Part shown: positions 11,304-22,716 of the stretch, piece after piece
Layout of the letters: each line of letters starts with the position of its first letter
Numbering within the stretch: the first letter of the stretch is position 1
Source: an uncultured Acidobacteriaceae bacterium
GTDB taxonomy: Bacteria > Acidobacteriota > Terriglobia > Bryobacterales > Bryobacteraceae
DNA: 64,000 nt
NCBI GenBank assembly: GCA_963846185.1
Contig: CAWJVA010000013.1
Coordinates: 16,905 to 80,904, forward strand
Direction: 5' to 3'
Position numbers and translations under genes: made by a program
The notes under the pieces: model-generated
Told to the model about the DNA's origin: nothing
The model's database searches: none
The model's input: the letters and a program-made list of their open reading frames with translations, nothing else

Positions 11304-11981
11304 TTGCTTTTTGTGCTGTTCCCCGCAGATCTCACTCTGTGGGACATCATCCAGAACCTTCGGCCAGTTCCCCTTGCCATTATTGTCATCCTGATCCTGT
11401 TCTCGCTATTCTCCTGGACGATCGTGTTTTCCAAGGGCAGCGTCTTCGGGCGGGCGCGCCGCGAGAACCGAAATTTTCTGCGAGCGTTCCGCAAAGCCAA
11501 CAGCCTGCAGGCCGTTGCCATCGCCAGCGAGCAATTTACCTCTGCGCCGCTGGTGGCTGTCTTCGATTTCGGCTATGGTGAGATCGAGCGACAGATCAAG
11601 CAACGCGGTGCTCTTGTCAATAAGATCGCTATCGAGCGCAGCCTTCAGCTGGGAATCAGCGAAGAAGTCACAAAACTCGAGACGAACATGAACTGGCTTG
11701 CAACAGTTGCCTCAGTCTCCCCGTTCATTGGGCTCTTCGGCACCGTCTGGGGCATCATCGACGCGTTTGAAGGTCTTGGTAACGCCGGCAGCGCGAGTCT
11801 GCGCGCGGTCGCTCCGGGCATATCGGAAGCGCTGGTCACAACGGCTATCGGCCTCGCTGCCGCCATACCGGCCGCCATCTTCTATAACATCTACGGCGCG
11901 CGGATCAAGGAAATGGGAACTCGCATGGAGGATTTCGCAATCGAGTTCCAGAACCTGGCGGAACGCGATTTCGGCGGATAG
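11304..11981 (+). CDS. tolQ: Tol-Pal system protein TolQ (MotA/TolQ/ExbB proton channel)
   Basis: Intact 225-aa ORF with a TTG start. It has three TM segments and the motif ASVSPFIGLFGTVWGIIDAF. It sits first in a tolQRAB-pal-ybgF arrangement. Confidence 0.85.
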   Translation: MLFVLFPADLTLWDIIQNLRPVPLAIIVILILFSLFSWTIVFSKGSVFGRARRENRNFLRAFRKANSLQAVAIASEQFTSAPLVAVFDFGYGEIERQIKQRGALVNKIAIERSLQLGISEEVTKLETNMNWLATVASVSPFIGLFGTVWGIIDAFEGLGNAGSASLRAVAPGISEALVTTAIGLAAAIPAAIFYNIYGARIKEMGTRMEDFAIEFQNLAERDFGG

Positions 11982-12015
11982 GGAACTGCGCGCCTCCGTC
12001 TACGTCCTGTAAGAT

Positions 12016-12456
12016 ATGGCTTTCTCATTCAGCAACGGAAGCACACGGCGGCGATTCGGTACCCCTAGCGCCATGTCAGATATCAATGTCGTGCCGCTGG
12101 TGGACGTCGTCCTGGTGTTGCTGATCATCTTCATGATCACCGCAAACGTGATGGAGTTCGGCCTTGACATCCAGGTTCCGCGCGTCAAGCGCGTCCAGAA
12201 CACAGCGCAGGACCTGCCGGTCGTCAGCATCACCAAGAATGGCGAATCCTTCCTGAATGACAAGCCGATCAACATCAACTTGCTCGCGCAGGGAATCCAT
12301 CAGCGCTTCCGAACGGCAACCGCGGTCTATGTCCGGGCCGACAAAGAAACGCCTTGGGATCCCATCGCACAGATTGTGGCGGAGCTGGGAGACGCGCATT
12401 TCGAGGTCAGAATGGTGACCGCGCCGATCGATTCCGCTGCTCGCCAGCGGCGCTGA
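12016..12456 (+). CDS. tolR: Tol-Pal system protein TolR (ExbD/TolR family)
   Basis: Intact 146-aa ORF. It carries SDINVVPLVDVVLVLLIIFMIT, the typical ExbD/TolR N-terminal TM segment. Confidence 0.85.
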   Translation: MAFSFSNGSTRRRFGTPSAMSDINVVPLVDVVLVLLIIFMITANVMEFGLDIQVPRVKRVQNTAQDLPVVSITKNGESFLNDKPININLLAQGIHQRFRTATAVYVRADKETPWDPIAQIVAELGDAHFEVRMVTAPIDSAARQRR

Positions 12457-12458
12457 TC

Positions 12459-13232
12459 ATGCCTCAGCAGCTTGACATCCTAGACCAGCGCGATCCTCTG
12501 ACCGTGCCATTCCTGGGCGCGATTCTGATCCATGCAGGCGTCGTTGCTCTGCTGTTCTTCGGCTGGTTCTGGATGAATCGCCCGAAAGAGACTCTGGGCG
12601 ACATACATCCGTCCGGTGGACCTGCTTACGCCGTGTCCCCGGTTCACAGCATACCCATCCCGCAGCGTCCCGCCCAGCAGAACCCGGTCGCGAATGATAC
12701 TCAATCAATGGTCCCGAGTGTTCCCGCCCACCAGGACACGCAAAAACAGCTCACGCCCGACAAAAACGCGTTTGAAATTCCCGATAAAACCAGAAAGCAG
12801 ACGCCGCGACCGCAGCGGCAGCAGCAGTACACACCGCCCCCCCCTCCCAATCAGGTGTACAGCCAATCGCGTCAGGCACTCTCGAATCCAATGTATGCAC
12901 CGCAGAGCGGTGGCGGCCAGGTGGGTATCGGTCCGAATTCGCCGCTCGGGAACCGGCTCGGTTGGTATGCCGAACTCGTGCGCCAAAGAATTGCGCAAAA
13001 CTGGCACACGAATGGGCTTGATATTCGCAGCCAGAACTCACCTGCGATCGTGAATTTCATTATCATGCGCGACGGCAGCATCCGTGACCCCCGAATCATT
13101 CAAAGCAGCGGAAATCCAACCATCGACAACACCGCGCTCCGTGCCGTCTACGATGCCAGCCCCCTTCCGCCACTGCCCGCCCAGATTTCGGAGAGTTATA
13201 TCTCGGCTCAGTTCAACTTCAATTTACGCTGA
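12459..13232 (+). CDS. tolA: TolA-like / TonB-C-terminal-domain energy transducer
   Basis: In-frame ATG at 12459, right after the tolR stop. It has an N-terminal TM (FLGAILIHAGVVALLFFGWF), a Pro/Gln-rich linker, and a TonB_C-like end (IVNFIIMRDGSIRDPRIIQSSGNPTIDNTALRAV). Its position between tolR and tolB supports the call. Confidence 0.7.
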   Translation: MPQQLDILDQRDPLTVPFLGAILIHAGVVALLFFGWFWMNRPKETLGDIHPSGGPAYAVSPVHSIPIPQRPAQQNPVANDTQSMVPSVPAHQDTQKQLTPDKNAFEIPDKTRKQTPRPQRQQQYTPPPPPNQVYSQSRQALSNPMYAPQSGGGQVGIGPNSPLGNRLGWYAELVRQRIAQNWHTNGLDIRSQNSPAIVNFIIMRDGSIRDPRIIQSSGNPTIDNTALRAVYDASPLPPLPAQISESYISAQFNFNLR

Positions 13233-14614
13233 TGCGAATACTTACTTTCTTTTTTCTTTTCCTGAGTACTTCTAACTGGCTTAGCGCGAAGCAACAATCA
13301 CAAATACAAGGCAATATCGTCGCGCATCCGGGCAAGCCGCTCATTGCCGTTCCTGATTTCCGCGCCAGCGGAGCGGCCGCGCCGCTAATGAACGCCTTCA
13401 ACACAATCGTTGTCTCTGATCTTCAGTCTTCGCCGCTGATCAACTTCGTACCAAAGACTCTCTACCCGCTGCAGGTTCCGCAGCAGCCCAGCGATCTGAC
13501 CGGCGGCGTTGCTCCTCCCACTGCCCGGCCCACAAGCCCGCAAGGCAATCGCCTGACCGACTGGAGCCTTCCTCCTGTCTCGGCTAACTACCTCGGCATC
13601 GGCTACGGCGCCGAAAGTAAAGGCATGCTGGTCGTTTTCGGATGGTTCTACAGCACCGCGCCTAATATAACGTCTTTACAGCAGGCGCAAATCTTCGGCA
13701 AGGTATACACTGCTTCTCTGGATGAAGCAGGAGCTGTTGATGCAGGCCATCGCTATGCGGCCGATATCCTTGCCCAATTCGGCGGCAAAAGCCTGGTTGG
13801 AACCCGGATTGTTTTCGTTTCCGATCGCAGCCGAAGTAAGGAGATCTGGGTGATGAATTGGGACGGCACGGAACAGCACCAGCTTACCCGCTACGGTTCT
13901 ATTTCAACCTTTCCCTCCGCCTCGCCGGATGGCCGGATTGTTGCGTTCACAACTTACGCCCAGGGCTATCCTGCCATTCAGATGTTTTCTCTCGATACCG
14001 GACGGAAGCTGCCGTTTTACAACCAGCGCGCCTCGATGAACGCATTTGTGACGTTCACGCCGGATTCCAAGCGCATTATCTTTTCTTCCACGCTCGCCGG
14101 CGGTCCCGCTCAGCTCTATATGGCGAATGTAGACGGCGGTGACTTGCATCGCCTGACCACGTCCGGTTTCATTGAAGTGGAGGCCAAAATCAATCCCAAA
14201 ACCGGCGCGGATCTGGTTGACGTCTCGGGCCGCACCGGGATGCCGCAGATCTATCACATGAATCTTGAAGGCGCCAATGTCGAGCGTCTGTCGGAAGGCA
14301 CCGGCGAGGCGACCAATCCTGCCTGGAATCCGGATGGCGATCACATTGCCTTTGCATGGACAAGAGGATTTGAGCCCGGAAACTACAACATCTTTGTGAT
14401 GGACGTAACTTCGCATCAAACCGTCCAACTTACAACGAATGAGGGCCGGAACGAAAATCCAAGCTGGGCGCCCGATGGCGCGCACATCGTTTATGCCTCC
14501 AAGCGAGGCCGCGAGTCACAAATTTGGGTAATGAACGCCGACGGTACCGGCAAGCACCCGCTCACAAGCGCGGGCAGCAATGAGAAGCCGGTCTGGGTGA
14601 ATGCTGAAAAATAA
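13232..14614 (+). CDS. tolB: Tol-Pal system beta-propeller protein TolB
   Basis: Intact 460-aa ORF with a signal peptide. It has repeated WD40-like/TolB motifs (SPDGR.VAFT, TPDSKRIIFSS, NPAWNPDGDHIAFAW, NPSWAPDGAHIVYAS). Its ATG overlaps the tolA stop by 1 nt (TGATG). Confidence 0.85.
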   Translation: MRILTFFFLFLSTSNWLSAKQQSQIQGNIVAHPGKPLIAVPDFRASGAAAPLMNAFNTIVVSDLQSSPLINFVPKTLYPLQVPQQPSDLTGGVAPPTARPTSPQGNRLTDWSLPPVSANYLGIGYGAESKGMLVVFGWFYSTAPNITSLQQAQIFGKVYTASLDEAGAVDAGHRYAADILAQFGGKSLVGTRIVFVSDRSRSKEIWVMNWDGTEQHQLTRYGSISTFPSASPDGRIVAFTTYAQGYPAIQMFSLDTGRKLPFYNQRASMNAFVTFTPDSKRIIFSSTLAGGPAQLYMANVDGGDLHRLTTSGFIEVEAKINPKTGADLVDVSGRTGMPQIYHMNLEGANVERLSEGTGEATNPAWNPDGDHIAFAWTRGFEPGNYNIFVMDVTSHQTVQLTTNEGRNENPSWAPDGAHIVYASKRGRESQIWVMNADGTGKHPLTSAGSNEKPVWVNAEK

Positions 14615-14656
14615 TTAACAAGAATTAAGATGAACTTACGAGGGACTTACACCACA

Positions 14657-15421
14657 ATGAAGCAAAGCAGGATCGCGCTGACGTTGACATCAGCGTTTCT
14701 GTTGTTCGTGGCCGCCGCATGCCACAAGAAGACACCGCCGCCTCCGCCGCCTCCTGCTCCCGCCGCTGCGCCCGCCGCCGCTTCCCCTTCAGTAAACTTC
14801 TTTACGGCAGAGCCTGACACCATCAGTAAGGGGCAGCCGTCATCGCTTCGCTGGTCGGTGAGTAACGCCTCGACTGTTCAGATCGATCAGGGTATCGGAA
14901 TGGTAAGCGCGGATGGGCGTCGCGCTGTTTATCCGACGGCCAGCACTACCTACACACTGAGCGCCACGGGCCCGGGTGGCAACGCGACGGCTATTGCAAC
15001 CATTACGGTCAGTACGCCTCCGCCGCCGGCTGCACCGCCGAAACAGGAAGGTCCTTCCGTCCAGGAAATCCTCACGCGCCAGGTGCAGGATATCCACTTT
15101 GATTACGACAAAAGTGACATCCGGCCGGAAGACCAGCCCATTCTGCAGGCTGACGCGACGGCGCTGAAGACCATCTTTTCGATGGATCCCAACTTCATCA
15201 TCACGGTGGAAGGACACTGCGATGAACGCGGATCTGCTGAATACAACCTGGCGCTTGGAGATCGCCGCGCCGCTGCTACCAAGGAGGCCCTGATCGCGCT
15301 GGGTGTGCCGGGTGACAAATTAAGGACAATCAGCTACGGCAAAGAACGTCCGCTGTGCACGGACGCCACCGAAGAATGCTACGCCCGCAACCGGCGCGCG
15401 CACTTCTCGGCCGGGCAGTAG
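14657..15421 (+). CDS. pal: peptidoglycan-associated lipoprotein Pal (OmpA-family C-domain) with an extra N-terminal Ig-like segment
   Basis: It has a lipobox (LLFVAAAC) and an OmpA domain (VEGHCDERGSAEYNLALGDRRAAATKEALIALGV). The ORF track starts at 14630. I prefer ATG 14657 (MKQSRIAL..) as the signal-peptide start. Confidence 0.85.
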   Translation: MKQSRIALTLTSAFLLFVAAACHKKTPPPPPPPAPAAAPAAASPSVNFFTAEPDTISKGQPSSLRWSVSNASTVQIDQGIGMVSADGRRAVYPTASTTYTLSATGPGGNATAIATITVSTPPPPAAPPKQEGPSVQEILTRQVQDIHFDYDKSDIRPEDQPILQADATALKTIFSMDPNFIITVEGHCDERGSAEYNLALGDRRAAATKEALIALGVPGDKLRTISYGKERPLCTDATEECYARNRRAHFSAGQ

Positions 15422-15509
15422 CGCCGGGACCCGCCACACTCCCGTACACTGAAAGCAATCGAAACGGGGATGCATCCGTGCCGTCCCCTTTTATTGAGGA
15501 GTTACACTC

Positions 15510-16400
15510 ATGAAATTTTTGCGCGTCGCCGCCCTATTGCTGACGTTTTCCAGCTTCTCCTTCGCGGTAAACAAAGATCTCGTTCAGATGCAGCGCGACC
15601 TCGAAGACCGCATCAACTCTCTGCAGAATGACATCGATTCCAAGCTGAGCCAGCTGAATGGGATGATCACCGCAATGCAGAACGACTCGCGCCGTACGGC
15701 GGACCAGGTTGCGACGCTGCAGGATCAAGTCGGAAACGGCGTGGCCAAGTCCCTGGCGCCGGTTGCCGGCCTCAATAGCAAAGTGGAGAGCATGGCGAGC
15801 GATCTGCAAGCCGTGCAGGCCGCGCTTTCTGACTTGAGTGCGCGTCTGGAGCGTATGGACGCCAAGATGACTGACCTCAAAAACCAGATGCAGATCATCC
15901 AGAGTCCGCCGCCGGCTCCCGGTGCGGTTACGCCCGGTAGTGGAGGCCAGGGAGGCCCGCAAGGCCAAACCGCCGCTCCGCCTGCCGGCATGAGCGCGGA
16001 TCAGAGCTACACGACAGCGCTTCGCGATCTGCAAACCGGTAAAACGGATCTCGCGCAGCAGGAATTCCAGCAGTATCTTCAATATTTCCCGAACACGGAA
16101 CTAGCCGCAAACGCGCAGTATTACCTTGGCGAAATCGCCTACAATCACGGGGATTATCAGGGTGCGGTGGCGGCTTTTGATAACGTTCTCGAACACTATC
16201 CTGAAAATCCGAAGACGCCGGATGCGCATTACATGAAGGGTATGGCCCTCTTGAAGGCGAATGAACGCAACCGTGCCGCGCAGGAATTCCGCCTGCTCGT
16301 ACAGAACTATCCGCACACGGACGATGCCCGCAAAGCTCTCGCACAGCTCAGGGCATTAGGTGTTTCGGCCGGCACAAGCTCCGCGCGGCGGAAGTCGTAG
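15510..16400 (+). CDS. cpoB: Tol-Pal system protein YbgF/CpoB (coiled coil + TPR)
   Basis: Intact 296-aa ORF with a signal peptide and an N-terminal coiled coil. The C-terminal TPR region reads YYLGEIAYNHGDYQGAVAAFDNVLEHYPENPKTPDAHYMKG. It is the last gene of the tol-pal cluster. Confidence 0.75.
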   Translation: MKFLRVAALLLTFSSFSFAVNKDLVQMQRDLEDRINSLQNDIDSKLSQLNGMITAMQNDSRRTADQVATLQDQVGNGVAKSLAPVAGLNSKVESMASDLQAVQAALSDLSARLERMDAKMTDLKNQMQIIQSPPPAPGAVTPGSGGQGGPQGQTAAPPAGMSADQSYTTALRDLQTGKTDLAQQEFQQYLQYFPNTELAANAQYYLGEIAYNHGDYQGAVAAFDNVLEHYPENPKTPDAHYMKGMALLKANERNRAAQEFRLLVQNYPHTDDARKALAQLRALGVSAGTSSARRKS

Positions 16401-16405
16401 CCGCG

Positions 16406-17965
16406 CTACATTCGCTCCCAGATCGATTCCACCTTCCACATCCGGACGCTCGCCTTCGCGATGCGGCCGTCTTTCTCGAAGACCTCGACACCATTCGCGC
16501 CCGAGGGCGGAAAGACCAGCATGGTCATCGTGACTTGGCCATTATTGGCGAAAACTTCGACTGAATTCCGGTCTACCAAGACATCCAGTTTCAGGCTGCC
16601 CGCCTCGATATTCAGCGGTGCATCTACTTCCGCGGGAAAATCGCTGCTGAAGCCGGTCAATCCGGACTGCCGCCGGTCGACGAACAACTTTTTCTGAGTG
16701 CGATCGTATCCAACCGACGTGTAATGGCCGCCAGCGGCGAGGATGCGGACACCCGTTTCCTGCGCGCTTCCGAGCTGGATTTCGGCATTGAGCCGGAATG
16801 AGTGGCCGGGCGAGCCCTGGCGCAACGCTGCGTTTGCCGTCTTGACATCGCTGCCTGAAGCTTCGGTCGAGTTCTTCTCTTCCAGCCGCTGAATACCTTC
16901 AAATGGCTGCTGGATGAGCCGCAGCCCTTCCGCCGTTTTTCGTAGCGAGAGACTCCGGGGAAACGTCATCTGCCCGCGCCATGGGCTGGTCGGCAGCTTG
17001 GCAGCGTACTGCCAGTTATCCATCCAGCCGATCATCGCCGCTCGTTGCTCCTTCGCCAGCCCATTGAAAGTCAGGGCGCAGTAGCAGTCTTTTCCATAAT
17101 CGGTCCACAATTGCAGCGACGCCGAGTTGTCGTTGTGAAATCGCCGTCCATCAAAGCTGCCGATGAAGTACTGTTCGCCGGAGCCGCCTTGCAATGCGCC
17201 GGGATTGAGCCCTACCTTCAGCACCCAGCGCTTCGCGTCCGCAGTTCCCTCAATCGGCAGTTGGAACAGCTCAGGGCACTCCCATTGGCCGCCCGTCGCA
17301 CCTTCGGGGCCGAAGTCGCTCATCTGCGTCCAGTGCTTCAGATCGGGCGAGCCATAGAAGCGAACCTTGTGATCGTTCGGCAGCGACACAGCCATGACCC
17401 ACTGTTTGCTTTCCTCCGACCACAGCACTTTGGGATCGCGAAAATCCGTCATATGCAGGTTCAGCACCGGATTGCCCGAATACTTTGTCCAGGTGCGCCC
17501 ATGGTCATTGCTGTATGCGAGGTTCTGCGTCTGCAGCGCCGGGCGGCCTTTGCTCTCGGGCGTGTGGCCGGTATAGATCGCGACCAGGCAGCCCTCAGGC
17601 TTACCGCAGAAGCCGCTACTATTGCGCGTGTCGACGACCGTGCTGCCGGTGAAAATCATGATTCCGTCCTGCTCGGGAATCGCGACCGGTAATTGATCCC
17701 AATGCAGCAGATCGCGGCTCACGGCGTGACCCCAGCTCATGTGGCCCCATTCGTCGCCGAACGGATTGTACTGGAAGAACAGATGATATTCACCCGCGAA
17801 GAAGACCAGCCCGTTCGGGTCGTTGGTCCAGTTCTTGCGAGGCGAGAAATGATACTGCGGCCGGTACGGCTGGTCGTACGCCTGCGATATGGGCGGCTGA
17901 TTCTGCGCACCCACACCAGTCGCTAGCGCAGCGCCCAAAACGAGCAGCAGAAGATGGATCGGCAC
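16406..17965 (-). CDS. secreted glycoside hydrolase family 32 (beta-fructofuranosidase/levanase type)
   Basis: Intact 519-aa ORF. All three GH32 catalytic motifs are present: WTNDPNGL, FRDPKV and WECPELF. It has an N-terminal signal peptide. Confidence 0.9.
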   Translation of the reverse strand: MPIHLLLLVLGAALATGVGAQNQPPISQAYDQPYRPQYHFSPRKNWTNDPNGLVFFAGEYHLFFQYNPFGDEWGHMSWGHAVSRDLLHWDQLPVAIPEQDGIMIFTGSTVVDTRNSSGFCGKPEGCLVAIYTGHTPESKGRPALQTQNLAYSNDHGRTWTKYSGNPVLNLHMTDFRDPKVLWSEESKQWVMAVSLPNDHKVRFYGSPDLKHWTQMSDFGPEGATGGQWECPELFQLPIEGTADAKRWVLKVGLNPGALQGGSGEQYFIGSFDGRRFHNDNSASLQLWTDYGKDCYCALTFNGLAKEQRAAMIGWMDNWQYAAKLPTSPWRGQMTFPRSLSLRKTAEGLRLIQQPFEGIQRLEEKNSTEASGSDVKTANAALRQGSPGHSFRLNAEIQLGSAQETGVRILAAGGHYTSVGYDRTQKKLFVDRRQSGLTGFSSDFPAEVDAPLNIEAGSLKLDVLVDRNSVEVFANNGQVTMTMLVFPPSGANGVEVFEKDGRIAKASVRMWKVESIWERM

Positions 17966-18035
17966 GTTTCCCCCTGATGGAAGGATACGTCGAAGGGCGT
18001 TAAGGTTTGTGGGATGGAATCTTGTTCGAGGGTTT

Positions 18036-18110
18036 TGGTAGCGCTAAGGGGAATCGAACCCCTATTTGAGCCTTGAGAGGGCTCCGTCCTAACCGTTAGA
18101 CGATAGCGCC
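18036..18110 (-). tRNA. tRNA-Glu (anticodon CUC), encoded CCA end
   Basis: The reverse complement reads GGCGCTATCGTCTAACGGTTAGGACGGAGCCCTCTCAAGGCTCAAATAGGGGTTCGATTCCCCTTAGCGCTACCA. Anticodon stem is GAGCC/GGCTC, loop CT-CTC-AA. It has a GGTTCGATTCC T-loop. Confidence 0.9.
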
Positions 18111-18211
18111 ATCGACAAGAGGCCCTTTCAGTATAACGAGAGGCGCGTCATCAACCGGTTGTGGAATCGCCTCTTCAATCACGTGGCGCGCTGGCCCGCG
18201 ATTGACGTTAC

Positions 18212-18264
18212 AACCGAAAACAGAAAGAGCGCAGACGCCCCTCTATCACTCGGCCCTGCGCTCT
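18212..18264 (-). terminator. candidate rho-independent terminator after carD
   Basis: On the minus strand, the stem AGAGCGCAG (18256-18264) pairs with CTGCGCTCT (18226-18234) around a 21-nt loop. It is followed by TTCTGTTTTCGG and starts 12 nt after the carD stop. Confidence 0.5.
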
Positions 18265-18275
18265 TAGAATTTCAA

Positions 18276-18785
18276 CTACAATGCCGCCGGCATCGGCAGG
18301 CTGCACTTCGCCAGCGCTTTCGCAATTAACGCAATCGCGCCTGCTTCACTCACTGACTTGGCGACGGAGGTCTCCAGAATCAGCATGCTGCGCGCGCGCT
18401 CCAGCATTTTTTTCTCACGGAATGAAAGCGGTTTCGCTGTCTGAATAATCACGAGCGCTTTGAAGACTTCCGCGATCTCAAGCAAACTCCCGCCTTTCAT
18501 CCTTTCCGAATTTTCTTTAAAGCGGTCTTTCCAATCCTGGGGACAGCAGGGGCGGCCTGCTGCGAGATAGTTCAGCACGCGGGTGATCTCACTGCATTTC
18601 GTCACCTTGCGCAACCCCAGATCTCCCACGTGCGAGAAAGGCACCATGACAGTCATGCTGCTGGCCGCCAGTCGCAATAAGTAAAAACGCTCTTGTTGAG
18701 TGCCAAATGAACGGGAACTGATGTTTTCGACAGTGCCTACGCCATGATTGGGGTAGACCACTTTCTCACCGACCTGAAAGGTCAT
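18276..18785 (-). CDS. carD: CarD/CdnL-family RNA-polymerase-binding transcription regulator
   Basis: Intact 169-aa ORF that opens MTFQVGEKVVYPNHGVGTVENI.. (the Tudor-like RID of the CarD family). Confidence 0.85.
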   Translation of the reverse strand: MTFQVGEKVVYPNHGVGTVENISSRSFGTQQERFYLLRLAASSMTVMVPFSHVGDLGLRKVTKCSEITRVLNYLAAGRPCCPQDWKDRFKENSERMKGGSLLEIAEVFKALVIIQTAKPLSFREKKMLERARSMLILETSVAKSVSEAGAIALIAKALAKCSLPMPAAL

Positions 18786-19000
18786 TCACGGACCTCTTTC
18801 CTGGGTTACAAATCAGTTGGACTAACACAGCCCAAAGGAATATTAAACCGCCATTAAGAGTTCGTCAAGAAGAAAAGAGTGCTTACACTCCTGGAGGGGT
18901 AGTGTACGGCCAAATCCGTGTAAACCAGTTTATTCTTGGCAATTCGCGGGTGAGTTTCACCTGTAACAGGTGTGCGTCCGGCTAATTCGCTCGGCTTACG

Positions 19001-19054
19001 CCCAAAGCAACAAAACGGGCCGCATGACCCAAGCCCGTTTGTTTCTATTTTTTT
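19001..19054. terminator. candidate bidirectional rho-independent terminator downstream of the E2 gene
   Basis: The stem aaacgggc (19013-19020) pairs with gcccgttt (19033-19040) around a 12-nt loop. T-rich runs follow on both strands (gtttctattttttt on plus, ttttgttgcttt on minus). The E2 stop is at 19062. Confidence 0.5.
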
Positions 19055-19061
19055 CAGCCGA

Positions 19062-20521
19062 TTAGAGGATATTCGCCGACCAGTTTTCGAGGATCGACTT
19101 TACCTTCTGGCAGAACTGGTCCGCCAGCGCTCCATCGATCAGCCGGTGATCGAACGTAAGAGCCAGATGCGCCTGTGACCGGATTGCGATCGCGTCGCCG
19201 TCTACTACCGCCGGTAGTTTTTCTACTGCTCCGACGCCCAGAATCGCGACCTGCGGTTGATTGATCACCGGCGTTGCAAAAATGCTGCCAAAGCTCCCGA
19301 AATTCGTAATCGAGAACGTCCCGCCTTGTACCTCGTCCGGCTTGAGCTGTCTCGACCTGGCACGCGTCGCCAAATCCACAATCGACCGCTGCAGTCCCGG
19401 CACGTTCTTCTCGTCTGCGTTCCGTATAACCGGCACGATCAGTCCCGCTTCGAGCGCCACCGCAATGCCGATGTTGATGTCGCGGTAGTACACGATGTTC
19501 TTGCCGTCAATCGACGCATTGAAAATAGGAAACGCCCGCAACGCCTCCGCTGCTGCTGCAGTCACAAACGGCAAGAACGTCAGCGAGAAACCGTTGCGCT
19601 CTTGAAATTCTTTCTTCGATTTCTCACGCAGCTTCGCGATTTTTGTCATGTCCACCCGATGCACCGTCGTCACATGCGCCGAAGTGCGCTTGCTCATCAC
19701 CATGTGCTCGGCGATTTTTTGCCGCATCGTGCTCATGGGTTCGGTTCGGACCTTGGCGGATTCCGCCAGCGGCAGAGGGGCTGGCGCCGGTGCCGGAGCT
19801 GGTGCTGCCGGTGCGGCGGGTTGCGGCTGCGCGGACTGCTTGGCCGTCGCCGCTGCGGATGGGGCCGCGTAGGTTCTCGCCGCCTGCGAGGACATGTACG
19901 TCTTCTATGTCCTGCTTCGTGATGCGGCCGCCCGCGCCTGTTCCCTTCACCTGGGACAAATCGATGTTGTACTCGCGAGCCATCTTGCGGACCAGCGGCG
20001 ATAGCGGCCCTTGCTCCTCGTGGCCGTCGGGCTGCGGTGTGGGAGCAGGCGGTGCTTGCGCCTGACCGGCAGCTGGAGGCGGCTCGATCGGATAAGGCCC
20101 AGCCGACTGCAGCAACAGGTTCGTGATGCGTAGGCGGCGGCGCGGGCGCAGGCGTACGCGCTTCCGGAGCTGCCGCGGAAGGGCCGACCGCTACGCTGGG
20201 CGGTGTGGAAACGGACGGTCCGGCCTGCTGCGGCGGCGCTGCGGCGGGAGCTGCTGCTTCCGCTTTCTGTGCAGGCTGTGTACGCGCTCCGCTCGCCGAT
20301 GCGCGCCACCACCGAATTGATCGCAACCGTGCTGCCTTCTTGCACCATAACTCGCTCAGCACGCCTGCCGCTGGTGACGGAATTTCCGTATCTACTTTGT
20401 CGGTCGAAATTTCAAAAAGCGGCTCGTCGCGTTCGACCTTATCGCCCGGCTTCTTCAGCCAGCGCGTCAGCGTTCCCTCTACAATGCTTTCGCCCATCTG
20501 GGGCATTACAACGTCAATCAT
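19062..20521 (-). CDS. 2-oxoacid dehydrogenase E2 (dihydrolipoamide acyltransferase), frame-disrupted
   Basis: It has a lipoyl domain from ATG 20519-20521 ([55 protein letters not shown]). An E3-binding segment lies in 19624-20115 ([32 protein letters not shown]). The catalytic domain is in 19062-19895 (..[16 protein letters not shown]..). Confidence 0.85.
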
Positions 20522-21196
20522 GAAATCTCCTGCAATTCTCGACTCGGCGCCGCCAATTTCGAAGTCGAACAGTTCTGCGAAACGAAGTGGCGACGGCGCG
20601 CATACCTCATCCCGCGCTTGCCTTGCAGCCCAAACTCGCAGCGAGCAGACGGGCTTCGTCAATCCGCAAGGAACAATATATTGGAAGTAACTTCAGATCT
20701 GTCTCCACGTTCAGCGCAAACCATGCGAGGTGATCCAGCGGCTGATGTGGATGCCGATAGCGGCGATCTTCGCCCCGCTGCACCCAGACTCCTTCATACC
20801 CGCGCTCCGGAATCCGCCCCGCCGCGATCCCGAACGTCTCCAGCGCCTCAATCAGCGCCTGCTCCACACCGCTAAAATAGGCGTGGACATCGCGCCTCCA
20901 TTCTCGCAAGTCGAGAATGGGATAACCCACAAGCTGGCCCGGCCCGTGATAGGTCACATCGCCGCCGCGGTCCGTCTCGAAGTACTCGATCCCGGTGCGC
21001 GCCAGGATCTCCGGAGCTCGCGAGCACGTGCTGCTCTTTCCCGTTCCGGCCCATCGTGACCACGTGCGGATGCTCCACGAACAGCAGCGTGTCCACGTCG
21101 TTCGCCGCGTTTGCGTTGCTCCACCAGATCCTGCTGCACCTCGAGCGCACGCCATAGCGCATGCGCCCCAGGTCGATGACCTCGAGCGGTCTTCAT
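20518..21196 (-). CDS. lipB: octanoyltransferase LipB, frame-disrupted
   Basis: Fragments 20954-21196, 20872-21162 ([18 protein letters not shown]) and 20607-21155 ([23 protein letters not shown]) belong together. The inferred stop TGA overlaps the E2 ATG (ATGA), but the exact 3' end is uncertain. Confidence 0.75.
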
Positions 21197-21214
21197 CAGG
21201 TCCTGGCCGCCGGT

Positions 21215-22638
<1,424 letters not shown>

Positions 22639-22716
22639 TTATTTTTCAGCAGTTTCAGGCGATCCCAGCCTCTCGGAAACGGCCCCTTCCGCGGGCACGT
22701 ATCATGAAGAAAGGCT

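Noticed and set aside
12354-12458. Upstream extension of the TolA-like ORF
   Set aside because: It overlaps the last third of tolR in another frame. The ATG at 12459 directly follows the tolR stop and precedes the TM helix.
15466-15495. Possible terminator after pal (GGGGA..TCCCC + TTTTATT)
   Set aside because: It has only a 5-bp stem with a 13-nt loop and a competing internal palindrome (GGATGCATCC). That is too weak to report as a feature.
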